Shown here: piece by piece, positions 31,596 through 43,364 of the stretch | Numbering within the stretch: position 1 is the first letter of the stretch | Layout: each line of letters starts with the position of its first letter | Origin: a virus | Strand: one strand, 5' to 3' | Length of the DNA: 64,000 nucleotides | IMG/VR virus record: IMGVR_UViG_3300031578_000013 | Span: 1-64,000 of that record | Translations under genes and position numbers: made by a program | The notes under the pieces: generated by a model | Databases searched by the model: none | Seen by the model: the letters and a program-made list of their open reading frames with translations, nothing else | What the model was told of the DNA's origin: nothing

Positions 31596-34500
31596 GATTT
31601 GAAGAGTACTTAGATAATTCAAAATTGGGAACTATCCTGCGTGTGGAAAATGATCGCGGGGAATGCATCAATCTGTGCGAAGCAGATATCCGGGAGTTAT
31701 CAGAATGGCTTGTAGAACATCGCAGCGAAATGATTGTTGATGTAAGGATAAAGCAGCGCGAGAGGGTGAATACTATGAGGGAAAGGTTGGATGGGGTGGG
31801 TGCATGACTTGCGACTGTGATGCGACTCCCTTTACCCTCATCGGCCTTACATTCTGTATCCTTGCTGTCTTAACCGGCATAGTTGTTATCAAGTTTATAT
31901 CCGTGTTCGATACTTACCGGCGGGATAGGGATGAGCAATCATGACTTATGAGCAAGGCAAACTCCTCGCGTGCTGGCGCAAGAAGTCTATCGATGTCACT
32001 GCGAAGTTGGTTCTCTATGCGGCGTGTGTGATAGATACTCTCGCTGTGGGAATTATAACATTTCTTGCGTCAGTATGGACATATGAGAATTTTTATTCGC
32101 CCACAGTTAGTTTGTTCACTGGCATTGTATCGCTTGTCTCACTCATCATCGCATTCGTGCCGTGGTATGTCTGGCTTGGCGTTGGGGTTATAGTGGCGAT
32201 ACTTGTTTATTCGTATGCGTGGTGTGTAGCGAGGGAGTTTACGGATGAGGATTGGGCGTGTGAAAATACTTTTGTAAGCGTTAGTGTAATAGGTATATCC
32301 GGTGGAATTGTATCAATCGTGCTTGCATATGCAACTTCGGTGTTTATAATTATTTATCTTGGGGGTCAGGCAGATGGGTTGCTTGTTGGAACAATTGGCC
32401 TGTGGTTTATTTATGTTTTCATATTATTAGGTATCGGTATGTCTCTTGTGGGATGCAAATGGATTTGGGTTTCAGATGTGTATCTCCACTACCGCAAAAG
32501 AATCAAGGGTGAGAAGAAATGACTCCATCATGGCAAGTAGATCCAACAACCATCTTCTTCGAGGAACTCCAGCGCAGGATGAAGTCCGGCGAAGTAGTGC
32601 AATGCAATGAATGCAAGTCCTACATGGTGTGGGAGAAAATACCCAGTGATGATATCATCACACAAGGAAATGGTGTGCTATCCTTCTGGGGTGCACCCTG
32701 CGAGGAAATCATAGTAGTGGGGTTTGTATGCCCTGCTTGTACAGCATCGAATGAATTGTAAAGAGGCATTGAAATGACAGCATCAGAATTACTTGAATCA
32801 CAAATGAGAGAAATGCGAGAGGATATGGCATCACTCAACCGAGCACTCGGAGCATTGCATATCCACTTGCATAGAATTGATGAACTGACAAAGGATTACG
32901 TTGGCAGAGAAGCCATAACGGAAGAACTTCAGAAAGCACAGAATATCATCAGTAGAAGAGAAGGGGTGCGATGATGGAACCACAAGCAGAAGCACAAAGC
33001 CTAAAATCCGAACCACTCCCGGTATCAGAGAAAGAGAAAACCATTCCCACCCAAATCCACACGCTTGACATTCACATCTCACTCCTAAAGGAAAACCTCG
33101 CCCATCTGCAAGCCCAGATTGCTGACTCGGAGACAGACAGGAAAATCCTCATCTCCAAAGCAAAGGAGTATCACATAACCACAGACTCAAACTACAAAAT
33201 CATCGAAATCCCTCTCTATCCAAAGAAGCATGTCGATGTCGAGCTATTGAGAACAAAGTATGAAGATAAATACACGCTTATCATTGCGAACAAAAGAGCA
33301 CAACTCCGGGACAAGATAGAGAGTGAGACGCAGAAGTTGCTTGATGTGATTACACAGGCTGATTTGAAGGCAGTTGTTAAGGATAAGGCGGCGTTGGCGA
33401 TGTTGATACCAGAGCCGAAGGAGCCGAATGGATTTGAAGTGAATGTGGTGCGGCGATGAATAATTCACTGTTTGTATTCGAGCAAGGACACGTCAGTATA
33501 ACATTCGTGAATGGTTATAGAATATCAATGACAAATTATTCGTGTGCACATTGTGATTATAATTCATTACGATCAGATATTCATCGTTCGGTTTCATTTA
33601 ATGTGGAGGTGATGATATTTGATCCATCTATGAATGATATCACAAAGGTATTTTTCAAGGATGCATCACCAGACGCGGGGCATATAGATTCTGCTGGTAT
33701 TGCTATAATTATTAATAAATTACGATACTACAAAGACTCGTTTACAAAAGAGGATTTAGAATGACTGGCATATTCCCACAATGTTTTGCGTGTTACTGGT
33801 GCAGGGATAGCGATGATAACAACCCATCTCCTAAAAAAACATACGCTCTGGATAAGGGAGAACTCACTTGTAAGTGTTCTGGTTGGATTGATCCAATGCC
33901 TATACGGTATATGGATTATTTATTTATGAAATCGGTTGGGTGTCATACATTTGCGTTGAGAACGGATGGTATTGATTTAAAGGCGGTGTGAGTAAATGCT
34001 ATCTATCACCATACAGCACCCCGATACACCATTCCTTCAATATTGCCCCTCGTGCAAGCGCAAGCACTACATGCTTCACCAGTCTTGTCCAACATGCAGT
34101 GTCTACGAAACCCCACAGCCGGTGTCGGATAAAGTCTATGATGCTTGTGGTGCGGATTATTCATGCGATGGATGCGAGGCATATAAGGAGCATCTGGCAT
34201 GACTTTGGAGAATGGTAAGACGGTTTATACAAGAGAGGTTTGAAATGAAAGAAAACTGTTTCAAAGAAACACTAAAGCGAGACTTCAAAAACATTGGAAC
34301 TTGCGCACTTTTAATATGTGCAATTGGTATAGCAGGAGTTGTTGGATGGTTGGGTACAGTTGCCGTAAATGCATGTATCATTCCAATAGTCATTCCAATA
34401 GTATTACCACACATTACAGGATACAATTGTTATATCGTTGCTTCGTGTGCTGCGATTTTAATCGGGGTGTTTATCTCGTTGACCACGAATGATTCAGATG

Positions 34501-35160
34501 ATTGTAAATCATTATCTGATGCCGATGCAACGATTTATTTGCTTGGTACGGAATTATTACTTGCTGGTGTATACACTTACACGGTGATATGGGCAAATCT
34601 TGCGGGGGTTGTTGTCTATCTTCCACCACTTATGGTAGCACCAACAATTGAATGGATTGCATTCTCACTCGCAGCACTCGTAATTATTACGGTTGTTACA
34701 GCATATGCACGATGCAGGGACTAACAATGCCCCCAATGAACGGTAAGAAAAGCAAGGGTGGGGTCTCCCAGAAAACCTCCACTCACAGGTTGGTTCTCGT
34801 AAGACAAGGAAAGGCGAGTTGGCTTCCGATAAGATTGATGAGCGTTGAGGATGCTTGCAGGAAGGCGGGGTTGGAATGGGTAAACTAAAGTTTGAGAGAT
34901 GCACTCGCTTTGACACGCTATGCCGCTTTTGTTCCAAAGAAATGGTTGTGATACCATATTCACCTTTAATCACAGATCCTAGAAGCAAACGGCTAATAGC
35001 GGGCGCTGTTGAGTATCGTGGCGAGTCTTTGGGCGAATGGTGTAATAATTTATCGCAATGGTGTAACACTGTTAACAAGTGTCCCGCCAGGGAAGGGCTT
35101 GCCGCTTACGGGTGTGGGATCAAGGCTGATGGGTGTGGGGTGTATGCGGTGATTAAATAA
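31592..35160 (+). other. Cluster of hypothetical genes, including multi-TM proteins (31941..32522, 34212..34724)
   Basis: ORF track; ATGA coupling. Confidence 0.6.
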
Positions 35161-35348
35161 TGGGTAATAATAACATATTACAGAAAATTTTGGAGCAGTT
35201 AAGTATTTTTAATTTATATAATAGAATGTTAAAGTAATGGTATGATTTATACCTACTTCGCAGAATAATTTTTAAATTCGTTTATTTGTCTTGAATACGA
35301 ATTAATATCCACAGTGGTGTTGGAATCGACTTTTTTTACTAGTCCCAC

Positions 35349-35474
35349 TAATCTCTTTAATCTCCTAAAGAACTCTTAACTCTTTTAACGCGAATAAGAT
35401 GTAGTATATAAAGACTTAAAAGAGATTAAAGAGATTATAGAGATATTAGAGATATAAGTGATATAAGAGACTAC
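35349..35474. repeat. Iteron-like AGAGAT repeats with a 16-bp perfect inverted repeat; probable replication origin
   Basis: TAATCTCTTTAATCTC (35349-64) pairs with GAGATTAAAGAGATTA (35422-37). About 7 tandem 9-10-bp units, AT-rich, next to the prim-pol gene. Confidence 0.65.
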
Positions 35475-35510
35475 TAATTATTATAACGCCGATATCAGGC
35501 GTATAAAAAA

Positions 35511-37778
35511 TTAGATTACTATATGATACATTCTTTTGTTGCCATCCTGAATCATCTTTATCTCTTCGCTTTCAATCAATGTTCGGATAGCCCTGGCGAA
35601 TTCGGTAGAATCCATCTTTGTTCTTTTCAACAATGCAGTGTGTTTAGCAATGCCACCAAATGCTTTGAGCGACTCTAATACATGCAGTTGCTTATTGGTG
35701 ACATCAACCTTATTTGAATAGTCGACCACTATCATCATTCGTGGTAGAAGATATTTCTCAACAATTAGTATCGCCTCACGCACCCAACGTTCGGGTATCT
35801 CTACTCGAATCGGATAATCTGATCTGCCCAAAACCTCTTTCTGAAAATCTGGATCAAACATGGCAAGCACCATAGCAATCTTATAAACGTGGATAACACT
35901 TCTCCCGGTTGCCGCCTGATATGTTTCATCATCGCTTCGTTTGCTGATGTCCATACTCCACTGTTCAATTATATCATTAACCGTGAAACATATAGAGTCT
36001 GGTTGCATTCGTTTTAGAACAGTTCCTATGTTGACCAGTTCGTTTTTAATATCCGCAATATCTTTTAAATCACCCGTGCTTGCCGTCACGTTTTTTTTCT
36101 TTTCACCACCATGTTCTAAAAACCATAACCACCTGTAAAAGAAACCACTTCCAACAATCTTATTGGTGGATGCTTCTTTTAATTGGTTGATAGTCATATT
36201 AAATAATAAACTCAAAAACGGCGTGGGGCATATCCATTTGTTATCTTCTGAATCGGGTTTGTTGCTTTTATTGGATCGTGCGCTTTCAAGCGACGAGCCA
36301 TCATACGCAGTACATAAATTACCTATGATTGGTGCATTCCAACCCCGCTCTGAACTCTCGTCAAAGAATTCTTTGGCCTCGTCATAGTACCACAGCATAT
36401 TGTGCGACTTGCTTAAATCCTGTACCAATCTTGGGTTGCTACAGGATTTTCTTTTTAATACTGTGCTATCGGTTGGATTTACAAGCGTTGGTATATTTAC
36501 TGTTGGTATTCCCAACTCCTGTATTGCCGTATCCGACGAGAATGATTTCCCCGATATTGTGCTTGTCCCAACCAACATCATATTAAAATTGGTATAGGTA
36601 TATTTAGTTGAAATCAAAACCCCGACGCGCCTACCCAACGCCATAGCTGCGATTGCCAGAAGGTTTCCAAAGTGATATGACTTGTGGGAATACATCAGTC
36701 GCCCTCCCACTTCCATCCACTTCTTAAATAGTGGGTGTGTTATCTCTGGGAGAGGCGGGAGATTGTCGCATAGTTTAATCGCGTCGCGTATTACTTTTAT
36801 CTCGACTTGGGTGAGTTGTTGGGTGGAAGTAGTTGAAACCGTTTGTTTTGTTTTTTTGAGAAACGCAGTTGCGATTTCGCTACCGTGCTTGATATCTCCA
36901 GTAGACGTGGGTTTGTAAAAACCAGTACATGTGTCAATTGCTTTCCGAATTGTAATCTGTGATAGATATGTTTTGTGACTATTCCACTTATCTCGTAATA
37001 ATCCCGATTGTCGCATTATGCGTTCAATCTGGTTTGCGTCTCTGGTGTAGAATGCCAGAATACTTGCGAGTGCCATATCTGAACTACTACGATCCGATCC
37101 GCCATCTCCATTCATAAGGCGCAGGAATTTATCGGATGATGTCGAGTGTGAAATTATACTAATGATATCTTCATCGGATAAGTCGTTGGTATCGGTTGGG
37201 GGGGTGAGATGTTTCGGTGGTGTTGGATTAAGAAACGGATCACACAATAGCCGGATCAATTCAGCCGGATATTCCTTTATGGTTGATGGAGTGCCAACAA
37301 ATTGATTTCCCGTAACCGTGAAATATCTACCTTCCGAATATATTTCCAGATCGCCTTTCTTTCTACCAGTGGTATAGGGTTTTGTTTTACAACGGAGTAT
37401 AAGATGTAATCCAGTTCCAGATGGAGATATTTCAGTATATGTTTTTAGTTGTGTGAGAATAAGGGCAAACTTGTCAGAAACGTTGCCATCGAGTAAACAG
37501 TGGTCTAAATCTATACCAACAATACCGTTACCATCGAATACAAATCCTATTCCCTTATCAGGTGCGGGTGGAATAGACCGAACCTCTTCATATGATCTCC
37601 ACGTTGTTTTATCTGTGGATATTGCGAGTGTTCTCTTATCGGAGTATGGGAGTTTTGTTAGTTTGTTATCTTTGGTTAATGTTAATTTCCACCCCACCCA
37701 GTTTGGTAGTTGCTTAAGTTCCTCTGGAACGGTGGAATAGTCATCTGGTGGTATCTGCGGTGAATGCACAGAGATCAC
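35511..37778 (-). CDS. Primase-polymerase (NrS-1-like prim-pol) fused to a DUF3987-like P-loop domain
   Basis: PEELK..PNWVGW, GIGF, GIDLDHC, YTEISPSGTGLH, EIYSEGRYFTVTG, helical DRS..D.AL domain, C-terminal GTSTISGKS and YDE. Confidence 0.9.
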   Translation of the reverse strand: MISVHSPQIPPDDYSTVPEELKQLPNWVGWKLTLTKDNKLTKLPYSDKRTLAISTDKTTWRSYEEVRSIPPAPDKGIGFVFDGNGIVGIDLDHCLLDGNVSDKFALILTQLKTYTEISPSGTGLHLILRCKTKPYTTGRKKGDLEIYSEGRYFTVTGNQFVGTPSTIKEYPAELIRLLCDPFLNPTPPKHLTPPTDTNDLSDEDIISIISHSTSSDKFLRLMNGDGGSDRSSSDMALASILAFYTRDANQIERIMRQSGLLRDKWNSHKTYLSQITIRKAIDTCTGFYKPTSTGDIKHGSEIATAFLKKTKQTVSTTSTQQLTQVEIKVIRDAIKLCDNLPPLPEITHPLFKKWMEVGGRLMYSHKSYHFGNLLAIAAMALGRRVGVLISTKYTYTNFNMMLVGTSTISGKSFSSDTAIQELGIPTVNIPTLVNPTDSTVLKRKSCSNPRLVQDLSKSHNMLWYYDEAKEFFDESSERGWNAPIIGNLCTAYDGSSLESARSNKSNKPDSEDNKWICPTPFLSLLFNMTINQLKEASTNKIVGSGFFYRWLWFLEHGGEKKKNVTASTGDLKDIADIKNELVNIGTVLKRMQPDSICFTVNDIIEQWSMDISKRSDDETYQAATGRSVIHVYKIAMVLAMFDPDFQKEVLGRSDYPIRVEIPERWVREAILIVEKYLLPRMMIVVDYSNKVDVTNKQLHVLESLKAFGGIAKHTALLKRTKMDSTEFARAIRTLIESEEIKMIQDGNKRMYHIVI

Positions 37779-37948
37779 AACGGGGTTTCTAGGTAATCCG
37801 ATAATTTAACAACCGTCCCATAACTTACATTTCCAGGCATCCCTTTGGCGATGCGCCACACGGTAAGATATGATACTTCAGAGCGGCGGGATACTTCCGT
37901 GAGTTTTCTATCTTGTAAAATTTTTGTAATTTCTTCTAAAGTGAGCAT
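37775..37948 (-). CDS. Cro/XRE-type HTH protein
   Basis: Manual translation MLTLEEITKILQDRKLTEVSRRSEVSYLTVWRIAKGMPGNVSYGTVVKLSDYLETPL. Confidence 0.8.
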   Translation of the reverse strand: MLTLEEITKILQDRKLTEVSRRSEVSYLTVWRIAKGMPGNVSYGTVVKLSDYLETPL

Positions 37949-37969
37949 GAAAGTAAGTTGTGCTTCCTT

Positions 37970-38020
37970 CTATATATCATTTACCAAATGATAATTTTTG
38001 TTTATCAGAAGATATAAATA
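37970..38020. promoter_or_regulatory. Divergent promoters of the replication module
   Basis: TATATA at ~37971 (minus strand) and TATAAATA at 38013-38020 (plus strand). Confidence 0.55.
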
Positions 38021-38102
38021 CTAACCTATCTAACATAGTATCGCAGAGCGTTAACACGCCGAGCAACCAACCAATCGAACAACCAATCGAACGGAGAACA
38101 CC

Positions 38103-38879
38103 ATGATCGATCTCAAATCAATTTCAAAAAACACGGTTAAATCACCACGCATTGTAGTGTATGGGCCACCCGGAGTAGGTAAGACTACCTTTGCAGCGAT
38201 GTCTGAACAACCAATTTTTATTCTAACAGAAGAAGGTCTTGGCGATTTGGAGGATATACACGCGATCCCAGTGGACGAATCTGGAAAGCCCCACGTCGCA
38301 ACAACATTCGCAGATGTTATAGATTGTTTTGCAGCACTTGGAAGTCAGGATCACGATTTCAAAACAGTCGTGATTGATAGTCTTGATGCGCTTGAACAAC
38401 TCATATGGGCATCTACTTGCAGGCGCATGGGTTATTCTTCAATCGAAGCCCCAGGATGGGCCAAAGGATATAGAGAAGCAAACACAGAGTGGGATGAATT
38501 TTTCGCATGTGTGTCGGCATTACGCGACATAAAGAATATGACTGTAATTATGATTGCGCATAGCGCATACACTCATATTAACGATCCAGAGCGCCCGTCC
38601 TATGATACCAACACGTTGAATGTCCACAAGTATGCTATTCCCATAATTGTTGGTACAGCAGATATTGTTGGGTTTGCAGCACAGAAAGTTTACACGCAAG
38701 CGGATGCCATCCCCGGTAAAAAGGATGACAAGCGTGTCCGTGCGGTTGCTGGAGTTAAACGCGAACTTCGCCTATCTATCTCCCCCGCATTCACCGCAAA
38801 GAACCGCTATCATATGCCAGACAGTGTACCGCTATCGTGGGAAGAATTTGCAAAGTATTTACCGAATGGAGGAACCTAA
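38103..38879 (+). CDS. AAA_24/Sak4-like recombination ATPase
   Basis: YGPPGVGKTT, TVVIDSLD, MIAH, AKNRY. Confidence 0.85.
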   Translation: MIDLKSISKNTVKSPRIVVYGPPGVGKTTFAAMSEQPIFILTEEGLGDLEDIHAIPVDESGKPHVATTFADVIDCFAALGSQDHDFKTVVIDSLDALEQLIWASTCRRMGYSSIEAPGWAKGYREANTEWDEFFACVSALRDIKNMTVIMIAHSAYTHINDPERPSYDTNTLNVHKYAIPIIVGTADIVGFAAQKVYTQADAIPGKKDDKRVRAVAGVKRELRLSISPAFTAKNRYHMPDSVPLSWEEFAKYLPNGGT

Positions 38880-38882
38880 ATT

Positions 38883-39395
38883 ATGGCAGCAATTAATTTT
38901 GATTCAAACTTGGTTGAACCGGCTGGTTCATTCGAGCCACTACCGATTGGAGAATACACCGTTGTTATTTCAGCATCGGAAATCAAACCAACAAACAAGG
39001 ACAAGGACAAGCCCGAATCCGAACAGAGGAATAAGTACCTTTTGCTAACGTATGATGTTGCAGACGGTAAGTTTCAAGGCAGGCTGATATTTGATCGGCT
39101 TAATATCAAAAACGAAACCCCAAAAGCACAGGAGATCGCAGAGCGATCATTATCGGCAATATGCAGAGCAACCGGAATTTTGCATCCAGATGTAACCGAA
39201 GAGTTACACGGTATCCCATTCATCGTGAAACTTGGTATTAGGCCAGGAGACGATAAATATGGCCCTACCAACGATATAAAGGAATACAAACGCATTGACG
39301 GGGTTAAACTTTCCGAAGTGTGCGATAGTGCGCCGACAGAAAAGAAAGCAGCAGCACCCGCAAAGAAGAAGATGCCGTGGGAGAAGAAGGCATAA
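38883..39395 (+). CDS. DUF669 family (putative ssDNA-binding) protein
   Basis: FEPLP.GEY...I...E, L..ICRATG, C-terminal PW; typical position after Sak4. Confidence 0.8.
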   Translation: MAAINFDSNLVEPAGSFEPLPIGEYTVVISASEIKPTNKDKDKPESEQRNKYLLLTYDVADGKFQGRLIFDRLNIKNETPKAQEIAERSLSAICRATGILHPDVTEELHGIPFIVKLGIRPGDDKYGPTNDIKEYKRIDGVKLSEVCDSAPTEKKAAAPAKKKMPWEKKA

Positions 39396-39453
39396 ATTAT
39401 TTTTTATGACAATATGGCATCGTGTAGCCAGTTGTTATGTACGAGGTTTAACA

Positions 39454-40434
39454 ATGTCTAAACTACCAACCGAGCAAACACTAACAGTAGACTTGATCTA
39501 CAAAATGTATGAAGAAAAGAACGGTGACTGGAGACGCAACCATATGGGAGCATCACAGATTGGGCATTCATGTGAACGTAAGTTGTGGTATGATTTTCTG
39601 TGGTGTTCCGAACCAAAGTTCGATGGGAGAATGCTGCGGTTGTTCCAGACTGGATTTAGGGAAGAGTCCCGCATCATAGATGAATTGCGAGCGAACGGTA
39701 TAACCGTCTATTCGGTTGATCCGTATTCGGGCAAGCAGATCCACTACGAGGACTTTGGTGGTCATCTTGGTGGTTCACTTGATGGCGTAGCAATTGGGTT
39801 TCCCGAAGCACCAAAAACATATCACGTTCTCGAAATTAAAACGGCAAATACCAAATCAACCAACGCATTAACGAAGAATGGCGTTGCTGCTGCAAAACCA
39901 GTCCATTACGCACAGATGCAGATATACATGCGGTGGGCGGGTCTTGAACGGGCAATGTATCTTTCCGTATGCAAAGAAACGGATTTCATTTATGAAGAGC
40001 GGGTTTACTATGATGAAGCGGTTGCCCTTCGGTTGAAGAATAAAGCAGAGCGTATTATTTTCTCTGCTTCCCCACCACACCAAATTGGAACTCCAGACAA
40101 TTTCGAATGCAAATGGTGTAACCATAAAGATGTTTGCCACCAATGGAAACTCCCGATAATCAGTTGCAGAGTTTGTGCATTCGTGAATGCAGAAGAAAAT
40201 GGAAAGTGGATGTGCACTAGAGAGGGCAGGGTGTTGTCTCCGCTCGATCAGCGAATGGCGTGCGAGAAACACTGCTTCGTCCCTGGGGTTGTTCCACTCG
40301 AACAAACTGATGCATCTGAAGAGAAAGGAACCATAACCTACGGGGATATCACTAACGGATTTGGAGAGGTGCTGTCGAAGGATTTACAGGGGGTTGTTGA
40401 TTGTCAAACTGGGCACGCAGACAAAGTTGGGTGA
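39454..40434 (+). CDS. Cas4-like PD-(D/E)XK exonuclease
   Basis: GASQIG..C.R, GSLDG, LEIKT, H.AQMQ.YM, CKWC...C. Confidence 0.85.
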   Translation: MSKLPTEQTLTVDLIYKMYEEKNGDWRRNHMGASQIGHSCERKLWYDFLWCSEPKFDGRMLRLFQTGFREESRIIDELRANGITVYSVDPYSGKQIHYEDFGGHLGGSLDGVAIGFPEAPKTYHVLEIKTANTKSTNALTKNGVAAAKPVHYAQMQIYMRWAGLERAMYLSVCKETDFIYEERVYYDEAVALRLKNKAERIIFSASPPHQIGTPDNFECKWCNHKDVCHQWKLPIISCRVCAFVNAEENGKWMCTREGRVLSPLDQRMACEKHCFVPGVVPLEQTDASEEKGTITYGDITNGFGEVLSKDLQGVVDCQTGHADKVG

Positions 40435-40472
40435 CGAAAGATACTCATACTAATATCGTAAAAGATATTACT

Positions 40473-40598
40473 ATGATAACAGACAAAGAGTGTAAACGTT
40501 GTGGTCACAAGTGGATCCCCAGAACACATGATGATCCCATAGTATGCCCGGTTTGTAAATCTCCTTATTGGAATAGGGATAGGAAGGATCGGCGGTGA
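40473..40598 (+). CDS. Small Zn-ribbon protein
   Basis: CKRCGHKWIPR...CPVCKSPYW; preceded by a TAATATC/GATATTA inverted repeat (40451-40470). Confidence 0.7.
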   Translation: MITDKECKRCGHKWIPRTHDDPIVCPVCKSPYWNRDRKDRR

Positions 40599-40978
40599 AC
40601 CATATCGGAGTGTATGGGAGAAAAAGGGGAACCGCAATAGTTGACACACCCAAAGGAATTGTTGTAGTTAAAGGTAAAGATCCCAATTCAAAGTTTATTC
40701 TTCCGGGTGGTGGGCCGAAAGGAAGAGAATCCAGATTGGAGGCATCTGTTCGTGAGTTGCGCGAAGAGACAGGATTGATTGCAAGGGGTGTTTTATTTAT
40801 GTTTGATTACCAAAAATCAAAGGTATTCCTTATAGACGCGATTGGACTTCCGCACCACCACCATGAGATTGCTGCTATCGGATATTATACTCCATATAGT
40901 AACGTTGCGATTACATACGATACTCTAATGGTGATAGAACAATACTTAAGAATGAGGAATAGGATGAGAAGAAAATGA
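40595..40978 (+). CDS. NUDIX hydrolase
   Basis: PGG....ES...A..RELREETGL Nudix box. Confidence 0.9.
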   Translation: MNHIGVYGRKRGTAIVDTPKGIVVVKGKDPNSKFILPGGGPKGRESRLEASVRELREETGLIARGVLFMFDYQKSKVFLIDAIGLPHHHHEIAAIGYYTPYSNVAITYDTLMVIEQYLRMRNRMRRK

Positions 40979-41688
40979 CCACAAGAGTTTGCACGCAGTG
41001 TGGTGTAGAGAAAGACGTGGGTTTATTTTATATAGAAAATAGGAGTAAAAAACCAAGATCGACGTGTATTAAATGTACCAGTTCCGCATGCAAACGATAC
41101 CGAGAAAACAATGCAGATGTATTAAAGGAACACGCAAAATTATATCGGTGCGCCAACAAGCAGGAGATATCGGAACGCAGTAAAGTGTATCGTATGCAGA
41201 ATTCTGAGTTACTAAAACAAAAGAAACGAGAACGGTTTGCAGCAAATTCCGAAGTATTGAATGCAAGACATAGAGCAAAGCATCAACAAAATAAAGATTA
41301 CGACAACGCAAAAACCAAAGAATATCGTGATGCAAATAGAGAAAAAATCAGGGTGTCGGATAGAGCATATTATCTCAATCCAATACGCCAAGCAAAAACA
41401 AAATGGTATAGTCATAATCGGAGGCAGAGAATTTTGAATAGTGATGCATCTCTTACGGTAAAACAGTGGATGAGAATTATAGAGATGCAGAATAACAAAT
41501 GTTCCAATTGTGGGCGTATGTTCGGTGAACATCTAAAACCAACAAGGGATCACATCATTCCTGTATCGCTTGGAGGAGGCTTGACGTTTGGTAACGTTCA
41601 GGCACTTTGCCACTCGTGCAACTGTAAGAAGAGTAGTAGCGTCATATTCACAAGAGCATTAAATGAATTGCTGGTGAACCCATGCTAA
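40975..41688 (+). CDS. HNH endonuclease
   Basis: RDHIIPVSLGG...NVQALCHSCN; paralog of 11733..12296. Confidence 0.85.
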   Translation: MTTRVCTQCGVEKDVGLFYIENRSKKPRSTCIKCTSSACKRYRENNADVLKEHAKLYRCANKQEISERSKVYRMQNSELLKQKKRERFAANSEVLNARHRAKHQQNKDYDNAKTKEYRDANREKIRVSDRAYYLNPIRQAKTKWYSHNRRQRILNSDASLTVKQWMRIIEMQNNKCSNCGRMFGEHLKPTRDHIIPVSLGGGLTFGNVQALCHSCNCKKSSSVIFTRALNELLVNPC

Positions 41689-43364
41689 CCCTTCGTCCAT
41701 ATCAACAGAAAGCAATACGAGACTTATTTGAGTTTTGGGAGTCTGATAAAGGAAATAACGCCGTCGTGGTCATGCCAACGGGATCTGGGAAAAGTTTATT
41801 AATCGCAGATTTCTGTAGACAGGTGGGTTTAGAAAATCCACTTGTAAGAATACTAATCGTTACTCACTCAAGAGAACTCGTTTGGCAAAACGAAAAGGAA
41901 TTAAAGTTATATTGGCCAGAAGCAATAACTGGTATATATTCGGCTGGTCTTAAATCAAGGGACACGGATAAACCAATTCTTTTTTGTGGAATTCAAAGCG
42001 TCTATAACAAAGCATTCGAGTTTGGGAAGATAGATATTGTCGTGATTGACGAGTGTCATGCGATTTCAAGAAAGGCGGGTTCGCGGTATCAGCAATTCTT
42101 TAAAGATTTGCGTATTGCCAACCCGAATGTTGTGATTTGGGGATGCACCGCAACACCATTCAGATTGGAGAGCGGTTTAATACACGAAGGCAAAGATGCC
42201 ATATTTGATGAAATCGTGCATGTAACAGAGATCAAAAATCTTATTAAAGATGGGTTTCTCGTTCCGTTGATATCAAAGGGTGGTATGAGATCAATTGACT
42301 TGACAAATGTAAAAATAAAGGCTGGCGAGTACGATGCAAAAGATTTAGCATATGCCGCAGACGATCCAATACTTGTAAAACTTGCAGTAGAGGAGATTGT
42401 GACGTGTGGAGAAAAGCGTAAATCGTGGATTATATTTGCGGCTGGCGTTGCACATGCTGAACACATTGTAAGTGCGCTGCAATGGCGTGGTATTGACTGT
42501 CACCTTATTACTGGTGAAACCCCACTGGATGAGCGCGATAGAGTCATCTCAAAATTCAGAGCGGGTAAGTTGAGATGTATTGTAAACATTGGCGTTCTCA
42601 CTACAGGGTTCAATGCCCCTTGCACGGATTTGATAGCACTTCTATTTTCGACATTATCTACTGGAAAATATATACAAGTCTGTGGGCGAGGTATGAGAAC
42701 ACATACAGGCAAAAGAGATTGTTTGTTGTTAGATTTTGGTGGCAACATTTTAAAACACGGACTTATTGATGAACTTGATCCCGTAAGAAAAAAAGATATA
42801 TTGTGCATGCCTATGGCAACCCCTCCCATGAAACAGTGCGAAAGATGTAATGCAATTGTTCATCCGAGAGTTTTGATATGTCCAGTTTGCGAACAGGCAT
42901 TCCCGGTAATATCTCCGCATGGAACTACCGCATACGAAGGGCCGGTTCTCTCTACGCAAGTTCTACCATTCATAGTAGAAGTGAAAGACCAGTGGATAAG
43001 CAGGCACAAGAAACAAGGAGGCAAGGACTCAGTCAAGGTTGCATTTTATGACTCGATTGAAAAAGAGTATGCGTTGTGGTTAGCACTTGATCACGGAGGA
43101 TACGCTTCCGAAAAAGCAAGAGCACTTGTTAAACAATTTGGGGGTAGTGCCACAACCGTTGACATGGCATTGAAAGAACAATTCACCTGGAAGAAAGCAA
43201 CGCACATCCGCGTAAGAAAAGAAGGCAAATTCTTTCGTATAGATGGGTTTGTGTTTGCACCCAGAGTATTGCAGCAGACAATTCATACGCAGCAACAAAC
43301 CATTGGTGGTGGCGTACCGATTGACGATCAATTTTGGAATGAAAAAATAAGGAGAAAAGTATGA
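41682..43364 (+). CDS. SF2 (DExH) helicase with Zn finger, RadD/YejH-like
   Basis: LRPYQ, PTGSGKS, DECH, TATP, LTTGFN, Q..GRG.R, CxxC...CxxC. Confidence 0.9.
   Translation: MLTLRPYQQKAIRDLFEFWESDKGNNAVVVMPTGSGKSLLIADFCRQVGLENPLVRILIVTHSRELVWQNEKELKLYWPEAITGIYSAGLKSRDTDKPILFCGIQSVYNKAFEFGKIDIVVIDECHAISRKAGSRYQQFFKDLRIANPNVVIWGCTATPFRLESGLIHEGKDAIFDEIVHVTEIKNLIKDGFLVPLISKGGMRSIDLTNVKIKAGEYDAKDLAYAADDPILVKLAVEEIVTCGEKRKSWIIFAAGVAHAEHIVSALQWRGIDCHLITGETPLDERDRVISKFRAGKLRCIVNIGVLTTGFNAPCTDLIALLFSTLSTGKYIQVCGRGMRTHTGKRDCLLLDFGGNILKHGLIDELDPVRKKDILCMPMATPPMKQCERCNAIVHPRVLICPVCEQAFPVISPHGTTAYEGPVLSTQVLPFIVEVKDQWISRHKKQGGKDSVKVAFYDSIEKEYALWLALDHGGYASEKARALVKQFGGSATTVDMALKEQFTWKKATHIRVRKEGKFFRIDGFVFAPRVLQQTIHTQQQTIGGGVPIDDQFWNEKIRRKV

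Noticed and set aside
38069-38092. Tandem AACCAATCGAAC x2 in a 5' leader
   Set aside because: Only two short copies; likely slippage, with no supporting evidence of function.
39454-40434. CRISPR adaptation Cas4
   Set aside because: No cas1/cas2 or array is present; the context is a phage recombination module.
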